From contig CANQUB010000002.1 of assembly GCA_947626955.1 (NCBI GenBank), forward strand, positions 1,505 through 65,504: DNA of 64,000 nucleotides, read 5' to 3'. The first letter of the stretch is position 1, and each line of letters opens with the position of its first letter. The translations under genes and the position numbers were made by a program. The stretch comes from an uncultured Clostridia bacterium. GTDB taxonomy: Bacteria; Bacillota; Clostridia; Christensenellales; UBA1242. This document shows, piece after piece, positions 41,001-48,816 of this stretch. Below the pieces are notes generated by a model that saw only the letters and a list, made by a program, of their open reading frames with translations, made no database searches and was not told where the DNA came from.

Positions 41001-44000
41001 ATATCTAACATTGCAGTGCAGGGAATGAATGATGAGGTTGTAGTTCTCGTCAACCACAACGTTGCCCTGAGTGCGGGTGCGATAGTAATGCAACACGCCG
41101 TCCTCGGTAACATTTTTATAAATTCTAATGCCGTTTAAAACATAATAGTCATCGCCAATTTGCTTGATGGCTGCTTCGTAGGTCATCTCGAATACTTCTT
41201 GGTCTTCAACAACGCGGGTAAAGGCGGTGTCGTAGTAATAATAGTCGCTGGCCTCATTTGGACGATAAACCTGGATGTAGTTAGGGTCATCCTTGCTGCC
41301 CGTTGCAATAAAGAATCCACGAACTCGGCTGAGCATAGAATCAGGAACAACGGCAGGCTCGTTATGGCTTACGTCACGATAGTAAATATAACCTCTTGTA
41401 GCATCTTGGGTATAAAAAGGTGTTATATAGTAATATTGTCTAAAATATTCATTATAGTAGGCCCTGAATATCTCATCGGAGTAGGAGTATTCAGAGTTGG
41501 TAACCTTTTCATCGGTGGTCAACCATAGGCCAAGTTCCTCGTCAAAAATGCACTTATACCAGCCTTCAAGTCGATAACCGATTGCTGGCTTTGGAGTGAG
41601 GATAATCTCGGCATCACGGTCAATATATGAGCTCTTAAACTGCTGCGAAGGATAAACATTTCCGTTTTCATCGGCAAAGAGTTCACCATCGGTAAGTGAA
41701 GCATGAGTTGAGTGCTTGCGACCATCTTCGATATGGGCAACAAAAGTTGGCATCTCGGAGTATAGAAGCGAGAATGAATAGCCCACTGTGTCTTTAATTA
41801 AAGAAGTAAAAGGTAAATATGTAGAAAGTTTAAATTCAAAAGAAGTTGTGTCTATTTGATTGAGCTGTATGTTGCTTACAATATGTGCAACAGCACCGCC
41901 AAAAATAGAACCTAGACCGGTAATATTTAATAGATATTGTTCTGACATATTGCGGTCGATAGTTACACCTGCAACACTCTTTAGTCCATAAGCGCCGGCT
42001 GCTTTTAATACCTTTCTGACAGCATCATTGTTAGTGAAGGCATGGCTGTTTTGATACCAGTTCCAATAGATAAGAACGGTCAAAATATTGACATTTTGTT
42101 TAATACTGCTATTACCTTGTCTAAGCGAAGTTAAAGAAGACAAATCTAGGCTAGAAAATTCATTGGTGTTCTCGTCATAGCATAGAGGCATACTAACTCG
42201 GTTGGAAGTATTGCTAGTTATGCTGTCATAGTAGAAGTAGGAGTTGAAGGCATAGTTAAATAGTTCACCAAAAGTAACTGGGTCATTGTGATTTTCCAAA
42301 TAGAACCCTTCGTCTTCAAGTTCCAAATTTGCAGTAATACCGCTGGCCAATTCATAGAAGTACCTGTCGTTTCCGCCTTCATGCCAAATTGGCACAACTC
42401 CACGAACTCCCTCTTTAAGCTCACGCAAAATTCTTATTGGCTCAAAGCCAGTAACATTATTTCCATCCCTTTTAATTTCAAAATATAGAGTGGCTTCTTC
42501 GGTTGAAAGGTTTGCAATGTCTGGTTGATAATTAAACGAAAAGATGTTTTTATTTAATGCAAAGATAGGCTCTGTGCGTTCTTCACCCGTCTCTTCGTCG
42601 GTTATTGTTTTGAATTTACCAGTGAAGTATAGGAAGATAGAACCATTAATTTGGCCGTAGTAGTAACCAGTTTTTCCGTTTTCAACAGTCTCGTAGAAAT
42701 CGGTGAGGTAGAGGTTACGATCAACAAGGCCTTCCATGTTGGCTTCTTCGCTGTCTTTATCATAGGAAAGGTCGATGCTACCACCTTTGTTTAGAGCACC
42801 GTCAATAACCGCCGTTCCAATATCTACCGAGAACACTCTTTGGTAAACTGGCATGATGACATAATAGCCAGCTGTGGATGGGGCAAATTGCAAGATGGCG
42901 TTGTATTGGTCATTAGGTTGAATGGATTTGTCGAGATACAAAATTTCGCTGTTATATCTCTTATAAACACGCCACATTTTGAAACGATAGATGTATGATT
43001 GCCCGGCATCGTCTTGAACCACAACAGTTGGGCTGGCCACAAACACAGCCATTTCACGCCCGGTCAGGAAATATGCATCACGAGCATTATATGCATTGAT
43101 AAGGTTTACTTGTCTGTCAAACCAGTAACCGTTGAGCTCAAAATTTTCAGAGGCCTTTGTTCGGTATGCATAAGCCACGCCACCAAGCATAACTTCGTCG
43201 TAGTTGAACACGCCGTTGTCGCTTTGTGTAATACCAGGAGTGAGGCCTTCAAGCCCGTTGCAAACTTGGTTTTCATCTAAGTTTTCCGAACCCGAAGTGA
43301 AGTATAAAATTCCATCTTGGCCTTCGTAGTAGGTGTGGACGTCGTATACGGGAACTTGCTCAATCTTGGTTGAGTCGGTTCTCCACAAGATGAGCTCTTC
43401 TTCGTAGTTAATCTCTTTAAAGGCCATATTTCCACGTTCGTCGATATATGAACGATAAACCTTGTTTAGATATTTGTCGGATGGGGAAATTACGTCGGCA
43501 AAGTAAAGGTATGAGTCACCGTCGTTGATGCCCACATCTTGAATGGTAAGTTCGTTATTAAGCGTTGTGTATGGAACATAGTACTTGCCGTTATAGTAGA
43601 AGCACATATCGTCAGATACGCCTGCTGGCCTAGAATCAAACTGAACATAACCAACGATTGGTTTAAAGGTCTTGTTATCCAAGATCCAATAGGTCTTGTT
43701 GATATAGTCGTTTAATGTTAGGTTAAGCAGTGTGTCTTTAAAGGCATAGGTGCAGAAATCTCGAACTTGGTTTGAGTCTTCAGGTGCAATGTTTGTTCCA
43801 AGCAACTCGGCATAGAAGGCATCTTTGATGTCAAACGAGATGTTTACAATGGCGTCCTCGCCATATTTATGCCTTATCGAGAAGAAAAGAATTGGGTTAG
43901 GGTATGGCATTCCGGCAAGAAGTTTAAAGCCAGGCATACCTTCAACCACAAGCTGCCTTGAGGTGTAGTCGAGCGAGTAGTATTTAAAGTCTGCATCCTC

Positions 44001-47000
44001 GCCAAGACCATGAGTTAGAATATACGAATCCTCTTCGCTGTATTTGTTATAGGACGAGAAGGTAGGATAGACCACAGGGTCATTTGTTCCCGTCTCTAGG
44101 AAATATTTACCAAGAACGGTAACGTCGTCATTGGTTGTTATGAGCTTTGCCATTCTAATTAGCTGGTTGGCATATCTTGGAACACTTATGGTTTCTATCG
44201 AAGCAACAAGCTCAAACAAATTTGTAGCGAGACCCGATTGAGGTCGTACATTATTGCCATTAGGGTCTTGAATTATATCTCCATCAGGATCTAGCAAATT
44301 GCCATTACTATCCACTATTCGTTGCCCATTTGGATAAGAAGTAGGGGGTTCTGTGCTTCCTTCACCATCTTCGGATGGAGTGAAATTAGCATAGTATCTA
44401 TAAGCTTTGTTATAGCTCAATTCAATATTAGGCACAACAACTTTGTTATCGAGTGTAACACCAAAATACAGGTCAACAGCTGATTGCTCTTCGTCTTCTC
44501 TAATTTGAATGGATGGAATCAAATAATTCAGGTAATTATATTTTGTGGTCGAGACAATTCTTTCCGAAGAATACTCATATTGACTGTAGGTTTGTCTTAT
44601 AGCTGTATCTGGTAAAGCTGCTCCGTTTTTCTTTATACCTGTTATAACAAAACGGCTAGCAAGCGTGTTGTCAACATTAAAGGAAAATTCATATTTTTCA
44701 GTGTCAAGCACAAAGGCTGCTACTGTATTAACAACTTGTTCGGGATCATTGGTGTAGTTGCCATCTGCGTCAACGCCTACCGATATTGAGTTGACAACCT
44801 TATAGTATCCAAAGCCATTGCCTAAATCTGCATGAACCATATCATAAACTTGATAAGACCAATTGCCATCGCTATATTGCGGTTCATAATACTTGAATAA
44901 GAACTTCATATTGTATTTGTTTTCAACCTGGACAAATTTAGCAATAGCAATGTGCAGTATGTTGTTTTCACCATCTTCAATTTCTTGAACTTCACAAGTG
45001 TTCTTGTAGTTGGCAGGGTTGGTGATATCACTGTTAAATCCATAAGATACCAGACCTGATGCAGCGTAAAGTGTATTTGTTTTGACTTTTAACCCAGAAT
45101 CAACGACTTGGCCTCCAACACTTGCTGTGAGCATGGACATGAAGACCGATCTTCCGTTATTATCTTGTAAATCACCAGTGTTAGTTCCGGCAAAACCGCC
45201 CCATCTTTTTAGCTTGCCGTTTGCAGTCTTATACCACAATACCACGCTTTGAGTCTCTTCGTTTGCGGTAATACTTTGAATATATTGACTGACAAGAACT
45301 TCGACTTCTTCTCCAAGCTTTTCAATGTAATAGTAGCACGAGGAAATAATGCTTGAGCCCATGGCATCACGGAAGACGATAGCTTTTTCTTCACTACTTT
45401 TCAAAATATCCCTTCCAAGCATTATACTTCTTTGGCGAACAAGATCATCAAAGTTGGTTATCTCGGGATAGAAGTGCTCATCAACAAAAGTAGTGTCACC
45501 GTCTTCGCCTTCAATGGTAGTCTTTTTGCCAAGAGGAGACTTAAAGTATTTATCGCCACTTGTCGTGGTCACAATGTCATAGTAGACATAAACATTTTGC
45601 TCGCCGTCGCCATCAGGATTTTTATATGTCATTGCCGTTCCATAAACGGTAGCAATGGCACTTACATTTCTCATTTCATGATCAACAGCAGGGTTGTTAG
45701 AGTTGTTAACAGGATCAACTTTTACACCATTTATAAAAATTTCTTCTTCGCCAGTTTGGGTGTTGCCGCTGACTAAGACGTCATCATCATTTACCATGGT
45801 GTAGGTGATGATGGTGACATCATTGTTGCTGCTAGAAAGGTTGTAGGCCAGGACTTCATAGGTTCTTTCGTCGGTTTCATCAAACTTGTTATAATACATG
45901 ATTGTGTTTCCACCGACTTTGGCCGTGCGGGTATAGTTATAGAACTCAGTTCTTCCGCCTCGGGTTATTTCTATTTGCTGCCCATCCACTGTTCGCTTTA
46001 CATTTCCATTGTAAGCGCTGGTGGTAAAGCGGTAGAAATTTGAACGTGTGTAACTAAAGGTGTTTGCGTCGTAGAGCATCTTTGCAACATATTGCTCACC
46101 TGTTAATGAAGAATAGAACTCAAAGGTGTTTTGAGACAGGGTTTCAACATTATATCCAACCAGCGAGCAGTTGGCAGGGAGCTGGATGGAGATGATGACG
46201 TTTGTGGTAACATAGCCATTGTCGTCAACCACGCTGGTCACACTTCTAATGACCTCGTAGCTAATTCCAAGCTGCTTTAATAAATTAAGGTAGGTTGCAT
46301 TGTCGTTTTCATCCTTAAGGCAAGTTTCGCCGTTCTCATCAATTCCGTAGACATTGACAACAAGATTGCTTTCTTCTTCAATCAGTGTAGCAATAATGCC
46401 TGAATTTTGTCTATCGGTGTAAACAGTCTCATTGTCCATGACGGTAAGACACTTTTTGATATTGCCATTAAGGCTCTTTTCACGCATTACAGCCGAGTGG
46501 AAGGTGTATGGCACAGATATATTTTCAAAACCAAAGCCATCGGTTTTGCCAAGTTTTTCGAAGGCGATAAAGTCGCCACATTCAAGGCCGCTGACCGAGA
46601 ACTGAGACCCCTCAATGGAAATGGTGATTGAACGATTACGATCCTGTTCAACCATCAAATTGTTGCCACTATAAGTCCCTTTTGCAGTATCTGTAACCGA
46701 ACTGGTCGAGCTTTGGCTTATCTGGCACAAAATTTCATTGTTTTTATTATAGACAATGATGTCAAAGCCGGTCAAATACTGGTTTCCGGCACCAAAGAAG
46801 TTCTGGCTATCAAAAATTGTGCCCGAGAGGCTGTAGTTTCTAACCTTGGCATGGTTGGCATAAAGTTTACTTCCGGCCAGTCTGGTGCTAGAAGTTACCA
46901 CAAGGTCGCTTCTTAGATAGAGTGCATCGTTTGAATTAACCTCGGCAAGCTCTCCGATATTATTTACGCCGTAGATATATTCCTTTACATATTGGCTAAG

Positions 47001-48479
47001 GGCGGTTGACTCTTCGGGTTTATAGTACCCGGCTTTGTAAGCAAAATCGGCTGGGAAGTCATCGCTTAGTCCATACATGAGGTATGTCACACTTCCAAAG
47101 GCCGACGAATTTGTCTTTAGTGCCTCAGGAATACAACTTAGACCCTCTTTTGTCACAGAATCGTAATTTTGAAAAATATTGTAGTCATTAGAGTACATAT
47201 TCTTTGGCATGGTCTCTTTAATGACGGCAGTGTTTTCGGCCTTGGCATTTAGAGTCCATGGCTGGAAGGCGTAGTCGTAGTCGTTAAAGGCGTTGTAGAC
47301 TTTTTGACCGTTAGAATCAAAACTCTTTACTGTCCTTGACTCACGGGAAACAATAACCTGACGCCCCTCAGGGAAGGAGCCAATAAGCATGGAGTTATAT
47401 TCGGTGTTAGAAACCGAGTCGACCATGCGTTTAACAGTGTGGAAATAGAACGAACCCTCGTCATACAAAAGCCCTCCATAGTTAAGGTCTATGGAGTTAG
47501 GGCTATAGGCTTCGAAGGTCAGAGTATAGGCGTTGAATGCAATAGTGTTCGAATAGAGCGAATCGCCGCGGTTGGTATCTTTTGAAAGCGCCTTTACTTT
47601 AAGATATCTATTTGTGCCACCGCCTTCAAGCATTGGGTTAAACTTTATCATGAAGTTGCCGGTGCGGCTGTCGGTAAAGTAGGTCATCATGCCTTTTGGA
47701 CACTCGATAAACCCATCGCTGACATCGCCTTGAATACGGCCCGAGCGATAGTAGAAACTAAACAATCTGCCATCCTCGTTTTCTACGGCCGTTTGGTCGA
47801 CAAATGGGTTGCTTGCTCGGTCAATATCGTAATCAACACGAGGGTTTTCGTTCAGCACAACTCTAAAAGTATAATACTTGCCGTCGATAACGACTTCGTA
47901 GTCAGGGAAGGAAACCGACCTACCATTAAGCACATATTCCGACTTTGAGTATACAGTGGAAATTTTATTTTCGCCGCTTGACGATGTGTCGGCATAGAAG
48001 TGGCCACGGCCATCAAAAACGCAGTCCCAAGTTACATTTGCAGGGGCAGAATCGCCATAGAAATAGTCGATAACTTCGCTTCTAGATGTGGCATATATAG
48101 GCATCTTTTTGCTGCCGCGAACGTATGGCTCATTAAAACGCGAATCAAGGAAGAAATTCTTCAAATAGCCAATCTGGTCCTCTTCCATAGAATCAGCCGA
48201 GGCATAGTAGTACTGAAGGGGCCAATAAAAGCTGCCTGAATCACTGCTGATATTTTTAGCCTCGCTGGTAAGATAGGCCTCACGGTCGTATGGATAGTAT
48301 TCCAAAGAAGGAGCATACAGCCTTAAATGGCCGTCTGCATCATAGGACGGGTTAATGGTGGATGAACCGCTTGTCAGCTTGCAGGCTGCAAAGGTGAACA
48401 GCCCCAATACAGCCATAAAGACCACCGACAAGATTAGCATTATCCTTGATTTGAATTGACTTTTAGCAGTAACTTTCAT
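29001..48479 (-). CDS. giant cell-surface protein (6,492 aa) with a lipobox-like N-terminus, many degenerate Listeria-Bacteroides (Flg_new/InlB B-repeat)-type modules, a unique C-terminal module and a C-terminal hydrophobic helix
   Basis: Uninterrupted 19,479-nt ORF with AAGGAGAA RBS 7 nt upstream of ATG 48479. N-terminus MKVTAKSQFKSRIMLILSVVFMAVLGLFTFAAC (Cys33). At least 12 copies of an aromatic-x-F-x-G-(W/F/Y)-(Y/F) motif lie between about 41.6 and 31.5 kb. C-terminal segment WPVLNAVGGIILVGSTWYLYVAEMISLVF. Confidence 0.9.
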   Translation of the reverse strand: MKVTAKSQFKSRIMLILSVVFMAVLGLFTFAACKLTSGSSTINPSYDADGHLRLYAPSLEYYPYDREAYLTSEAKNISSDSGSFYWPLQYYYASADSMEEDQIGYLKNFFLDSRFNEPYVRGSKKMPIYATSRSEVIDYFYGDSAPANVTWDCVFDGRGHFYADTSSSGENKISTVYSKSEYVLNGRSVSFPDYEVVIDGKYYTFRVVLNENPRVDYDIDRASNPFVDQTAVENEDGRLFSFYYRSGRIQGDVSDGFIECPKGMMTYFTDSRTGNFMIKFNPMLEGGGTNRYLKVKALSKDTNRGDSLYSNTIAFNAYTLTFEAYSPNSIDLNYGGLLYDEGSFYFHTVKRMVDSVSNTEYNSMLIGSFPEGRQVIVSRESRTVKSFDSNGQKVYNAFNDYDYAFQPWTLNAKAENTAVIKETMPKNMYSNDYNIFQNYDSVTKEGLSCIPEALKTNSSAFGSVTYLMYGLSDDFPADFAYKAGYYKPEESTALSQYVKEYIYGVNNIGELAEVNSNDALYLRSDLVVTSSTRLAGSKLYANHAKVRNYSLSGTIFDSQNFFGAGNQYLTGFDIIVYNKNNEILCQISQSSTSSVTDTAKGTYSGNNLMVEQDRNRSITISIEGSQFSVSGLECGDFIAFEKLGKTDGFGFENISVPYTFHSAVMREKSLNGNIKKCLTVMDNETVYTDRQNSGIIATLIEEESNLVVNVYGIDENGETCLKDENDNATYLNLLKQLGISYEVIRSVTSVVDDNGYVTTNVIISIQLPANCSLVGYNVETLSQNTFEFYSSLTGEQYVAKMLYDANTFSYTRSNFYRFTTSAYNGNVKRTVDGQQIEITRGGRTEFYNYTRTAKVGGNTIMYYNKFDETDERTYEVLAYNLSSSNNDVTIITYTMVNDDDVLVSGNTQTGEEEIFINGVKVDPVNNSNNPAVDHEMRNVSAIATVYGTAMTYKNPDGDGEQNVYVYYDIVTTTSGDKYFKSPLGKKTTIEGEDGDTTFVDEHFYPEITNFDDLVRQRSIMLGRDILKSSEEKAIVFRDAMGSSIISSCYYYIEKLGEEVEVLVSQYIQSITANEETQSVVLWYKTANGKLKRWGGFAGTNTGDLQDNNGRSVFMSMLTASVGGQVVDSGLKVKTNTLYAASGLVSYGFNSDITNPANYKNTCEVQEIEDGENNILHIAIAKFVQVENKYNMKFLFKYYEPQYSDGNWSYQVYDMVHADLGNGFGYYKVVNSISVGVDADGNYTNDPEQVVNTVAAFVLDTEKYEFSFNVDNTLASRFVITGIKKNGAALPDTAIRQTYSQYEYSSERIVSTTKYNYLNYLIPSIQIREDEEQSAVDLYFGVTLDNKVVVPNIELSYNKAYRYYANFTPSEDGEGSTEPPTSYPNGQRIVDSNGNLLDPDGDIIQDPNGNNVRPQSGLATNLFELVASIETISVPRYANQLIRMAKLITTNDDVTVLGKYFLETGTNDPVVYPTFSSYNKYSEEDSYILTHGLGEDADFKYYSLDYTSRQLVVEGMPGFKLLAGMPYPNPILFFSIRHKYGEDAIVNISFDIKDAFYAELLGTNIAPEDSNQVRDFCTYAFKDTLLNLTLNDYINKTYWILDNKTFKPIVGYVQFDSRPAGVSDDMCFYYNGKYYVPYTTLNNELTIQDVGINDGDSYLYFADVISPSDKYLNKVYRSYIDERGNMAFKEINYEEELILWRTDSTKIEQVPVYDVHTYYEGQDGILYFTSGSENLDENQVCNGLEGLTPGITQSDNGVFNYDEVMLGGVAYAYRTKASENFELNGYWFDRQVNLINAYNARDAYFLTGREMAVFVASPTVVVQDDAGQSYIYRFKMWRVYKRYNSEILYLDKSIQPNDQYNAILQFAPSTAGYYVIMPVYQRVFSVDIGTAVIDGALNKGGSIDLSYDKDSEEANMEGLVDRNLYLTDFYETVENGKTGYYYGQINGSIFLYFTGKFKTITDEETGEERTEPIFALNKNIFSFNYQPDIANLSTEEATLYFEIKRDGNNVTGFEPIRILRELKEGVRGVVPIWHEGGNDRYFYELASGITANLELEDEGFYLENHNDPVTFGELFNYAFNSYFYYDSITSNTSNRVSMPLCYDENTNEFSSLDLSSLTSLRQGNSSIKQNVNILTVLIYWNWYQNSHAFTNNDAVRKVLKAAGAYGLKSVAGVTIDRNMSEQYLLNITGLGSIFGGAVAHIVSNIQLNQIDTTSFEFKLSTYLPFTSLIKDTVGYSFSLLYSEMPTFVAHIEDGRKHSTHASLTDGELFADENGNVYPSQQFKSSYIDRDAEIILTPKPAIGYRLEGWYKCIFDEELGLWLTTDEKVTNSEYSYSDEIFRAYYNEYFRQYYYITPFYTQDATRGYIYYRDVSHNEPAVVPDSMLSRVRGFFIATGSKDDPNYIQVYRPNEASDYYYYDTAFTRVVEDQEVFEMTYEAAIKQIGDDYYVLNGIRIYKNVTEDGVLHYYRTRTQGNVVVDENYNLIIHSLHCNVRYVAKFIEIYNEYIYVEDEEYSGIKVEAVYYTSQDVEKNLEEPMHLRSSSIDGAYVNATDAYDYNAYGLDRSLFKLYDGDRASNFSEFLNKDFTYREGQSQRKDKPYVGADNYSSLLSGFGGKTSVYRVNADKDPSLDKSLVMKSMYFDPMTTVYIVVSVQSQYNLSIHSLGMNSNYVLEPILYPTDDFINYNQSARETDRVDYYYYIFRVTYDRDPENEYGSYIVHPTRGDSMSFDVLAGNYLDFYNKAGFVHYDNFGNKIDYDLGADINGLQTVNLDKYFDRLHLASDVLARVRGKNYENIQDGLNQLSLAMKQPGLYYVDHVTDSTSSTEYSDAFTIFNQIRQVRRDKDYQPPYLIKSGQQNFVNLSTIPIYSYTIQSMTIDQFEQEEDSTDFKYEENGKVILKKGATAHNLLNGLYAAIGTNGRTYLGTGEKEELEYSYKNHGDNGYYVGDTPFVFDTHYKGLPYGTDGRDHTLLEDFAFAENSVVLLDGTSAAENGYAFVGWYEQKYDRQTGLWSPMTIMSHDLEKPYLSLATSDTVIVALYKRVVQVEFTYDMSKITINFANNGLDSLGQPVTQSITGNMCSITGKFCFDTELQITVIPSGGYRFDGFNFVNKDASFATPIKLDLNNDHITYFDKDGNSDYDGTAYTYGDMRLNGVFGMSLPVKEIASLTDRLTNVKLEALTKKVNLVYIDIENYASSRGQNSEYTFNNVDFALYDLSDSASPKLLVETDGSKFDGYVDSILNLDGKDSTQYPICASLVGGHLALYGYFDDEMSGKLALITLQRAEEGATIFEWYINGCGQNTNDLAATFPGLNTDAYKGQKSGEFIINFEYSGDLVELNTNNYFELSTNNSAYYAKAIIETTQQVIFTHSYVDSVNDAFIAGTQFPENLGAISLLIFNGKRFLDNEEFEENGQITFDGTGVYTFSSNAILQIATKSQFISYNGSVYAFLGYFKTEYNYQQGVSEVEFVGTDAQSLVLSPTGVYEIKYVKIDKVTIDADGQGSMQINDQGNIRSGANSFSTTVFGYYEEGGYNYVLNGATLELDCYIIENYTYPTVTVTPSNPGPTLLTENHEGYIHVTISRIETDITISVLYQRGTRISISQRLYRTIDMTTDPEQANIGALTRIMMGQNSYGLSGTFALNTDISLSLLDSTKDYFYFIGWFKDGQLLSSEYTYNITVKEDMAVEARFTYYLNLSVRSLSLTSNTTVNGFSATVSYDDVRDGQKERAFTNSTSDLFRVPSGVKLHVVETRTNNLDRYFFNYWRNGKASNPRMLSDQKDAEIILNIDDGTRQSGSTYEIYRVEIQAIYSQVSTLHVTKNITISEDDKDQSNYYFGGQMTNAFKSLFDIVIIYTDAQNQQKTVSLSSDLEKDIVYISNTKLTIRISISSVVSDRYFVSSIVNYHGGQSERLDNALQLITLQYTAQSSSLTVDFVPSIQIQLMRELDGQVDNYDDIALSYSIRENAVESEDGTLTDATKNFNIQAADLSYSFTTSTENQRYIFVGWYINETLVSREATIDQDIYKITRNATIVARYITTVNLTIEREVDNEPSTMDLTIWAVGNIIENKGTNETPDTSVKLYSMNSDRSSMSLNLHLGGELVLAADHVSGYRFMGFTVYDNGTDISSNLLYVADTAKTVARLAVNTVSNLIVTAVYYKEYAISYKTTSFARDSVNISSTTPSGGSVVAPQYFYTSQENEINISVNTNAGYKVKAIFVNQEAIDISRSTYSYSFAVPEGKGDIMVDIRFVQETNINFYVAVNGSVDKSEINSKFGLDFNQIDAITVTQNNENTINVRFNNTNELRYNYYYGYINDNLNLSALRTLSGNGKTYYFQGWYVYNGQNVANSTYALSYNYNFDMTVSDDISLVAKYEEYENVSVFDDTEHYYTIYDSREEHYIDSRDISLSSSQEDRANQIYTIYGEKYMFVGYYTTIAFGNTIDELKLSNTYSTTQTAKYDGVVANVTARFVKLSQYTIDYRTANTFSLYSQVVTNYSGQDTSARLGLTNTSTKITSTSLAGSYVHNQYNAAAGHQVSSGSSFTVGTDVSTVAKVNIIGYNTVVECAAHVNNVTTTQNAADGAKSSVVLNSRATISTTFSITQTSSSKLVVTVYDPSTSTTQSFEVTASQSQTRQLVVGSVVNLYVELSADEQFLEYVIGGDNYRNILYNYTLPSDLSGSLTINAVIGTLYTLVVAENDENAGKVSISERGGLAGVNGYYSLTVNAYKNYAITDILVKSSTSDYVSLLNGGTGLESLAIVNTTIPTYSTFDSNLSNYVTSYTIELSLKANLMLKVVYKHVTTINFIIWTASMAEGSNNPTRAKSTYNLYIYEDKSPMTLDGLIEFLTELDNFNFLDKVGAIDRNAFAYNGQTFTSGTIEFATESYITIEYTTNIKAKMKVEIVINSDDATKYNIPTDGLNIKYGDKQVSSYNSSTEFECSWGSGTALFASDTNNYFVFKGYCYKRMGLAINNTNSQMLMIDPSIITSSIEIEDGVYVIYALFEEIINTLTLDANYDSSSFSITVNGTAVAPNNHYTDSALGNLYVNFDFDTMTYTITYPNSYVKANVKVSVSALNFEESTSDSTYLDALKLEKFYEKDTTDNNVRLRFYRFVDSDGNTLNTRYDTSAEIDLSKHVSDTVITAEAKRLYRVEFAYDYCSDDFTIGLYYIKTNNLTIDKTKIKESFNETDLDKAIITYWAEEGMILSAEVKIDNPDELVAGGYIFKGILGNYANAGVFNKNLLNKGYVFGTEPQLSGSQDWWKQKLELNRYPFVLATALISSANVSDNATLDKFIFYANAPISLLADFLSLGLTGKTDIFAVLANPEYDGTIKANYVQTGDSMVSQQGFVLGFVSEDALDVELTIEEKSNLIYHSDNLDGSYTKYQHTNLYLLGLDGLKELSLLNDRKVVYNNPRYGHVFYTYNFNKSAKDPASNIKQYIISIAVDRYVSLLFKTVKANKKFYTDDSMFTMLNLSRHAEIDNVRYEIRDNDNLRGPTKEINSSFIPRNTAVTLSADIKENYFFLGFILISASYYNNINVQDFDEQSHTTPITSYVFINNYRLLKDGRGNYYSAETTITLSNDTIVYALYEARVFSITVNQYQFMEDNEVMYDEDDPEGSEGISRMTKKEVQSANVKGDRLVEAYTPTLLTSVSHRYVQFAGWATEKEFTTSDERKIKIAYDSADPAHEFTDEGYEKWPGVYRLKYDDVYGLYDSSTGEFTGADQRNNLYIYDIDQDIIIDAYYSYISYRLIINITDVLGAYVYAPNGKGNDQMGDTYLTYADYIREAPNWENPSAGTYYYTYTNGSNKNNRANTNTQITIDKHDPYVYAINDVDGNLIYSSSEIDEYQEQKYVIPTRIQTSLISIEKSADRNNQVLSYISGEPVYIAYNNHTTYSKDQMKTVAFTAQNTNSYAKAKYKNNQKAFDLKFGTDGNVPASLYAYGFGDNQYEYYIGADNKLIPKVDNILRYIDTQPDEITGIDGPRLKANLFTLEIDGEKIDPKSFTEKGALQVDFSKGTIVIDYKVSATEYGFPTVRITQNNPLSNISGGEKVIYASGIETPGYVSTNQSEINVQTATQVNGFYTDYIDQLEDSDQPLTLLPDVNVLLKYFQFAYTLEASVKVGDNSVVNLTKNADLNKLKISNNNGADCIDLLNQYEITNAYIIIMENGGYLLNLLLDIVDILEANPTKGTKNDLELAKVLRIMLTESSIIKDVGEDGKIVGLAPTGDRSSNNDLGGKRRGEDYLSACQDVWKDYSKLDTYQEAMADLLYRYFNIDFGTGQEAQNNINNFFHYTVIDVFNLCRNGVDVNSYHAFFHADDLVFYHYVLSEHHQKQVNHPKDAKVVWRAEKGYDYFIKATLEWNLSYENAGFNGISTSNNTFAYSDEDQGTCNKLPFGKVLRNYFGGLFNGALKYLGSFRRLIRGMMCLDGESLAKQGSNKITLQLKLDPRVRIRSNEHRYSPWPVLNAVGGIILVGSTWYLYVAEMISLVFKTDRDFLDILVNLF

Positions 48480-48548
48480 GAGTTTCTCCTTGGGTTATAC
48501 CTTAGTTTTCGCATACGCACGAATATATATTATTAATATAACAAGCAT

Positions 48549-48576
48549 ATTTTAGCACATTATGTCGACGGGTCAA
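48549..48576 (-). promoter_or_regulatory. candidate sigma-A promoter for the giant-ORF operon
   Basis: On the minus strand: TTGACC (48576-48571), a 16-nt spacer ending in TGC, and TAAAAT (48554-48549). The predicted leader is about 60-70 nt. Confidence 0.45.
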
Positions 48577-48816
48577 AACATTTTAATGGCTTTTGGAAAT
48601 TTTTTGAATTTTTTTTAAAACTAGACAGGCTGCTGTCTGCTTTTGTGTTCTAACATAATATCAAACATATGTTCGAAATGTTTTAGCAAAAAAAAGTTGG
48701 TTTTTATGTCAGTGGCAAAATAAAAAAACCGCCTAAGCGATTTACAATTTGCTCAAAGCCAAGATAAACCCACTTGACAAATAACGACAAATTTCGACAA
48801 AATAGAGGAGACAGAC

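Noticed and set aside
29020-48239. About 40 ORFs of 60-129 aa on the plus strand, or in other minus-strand frames, inside the giant gene.
   Set aside because: All are nested in or antisense to a 19.5-kb uninterrupted frame. None has a convincing RBS, and their compositions look like frame-shifted translations.
48622-48637. Hairpin AGACAG-GCTG-CTGTCT as a terminator or small RNA.
   Set aside because: The stem is only 6 bp with a poor U-tract, and no gene ends nearby on the plus strand. It is kept only as a remark under the regulator finding.
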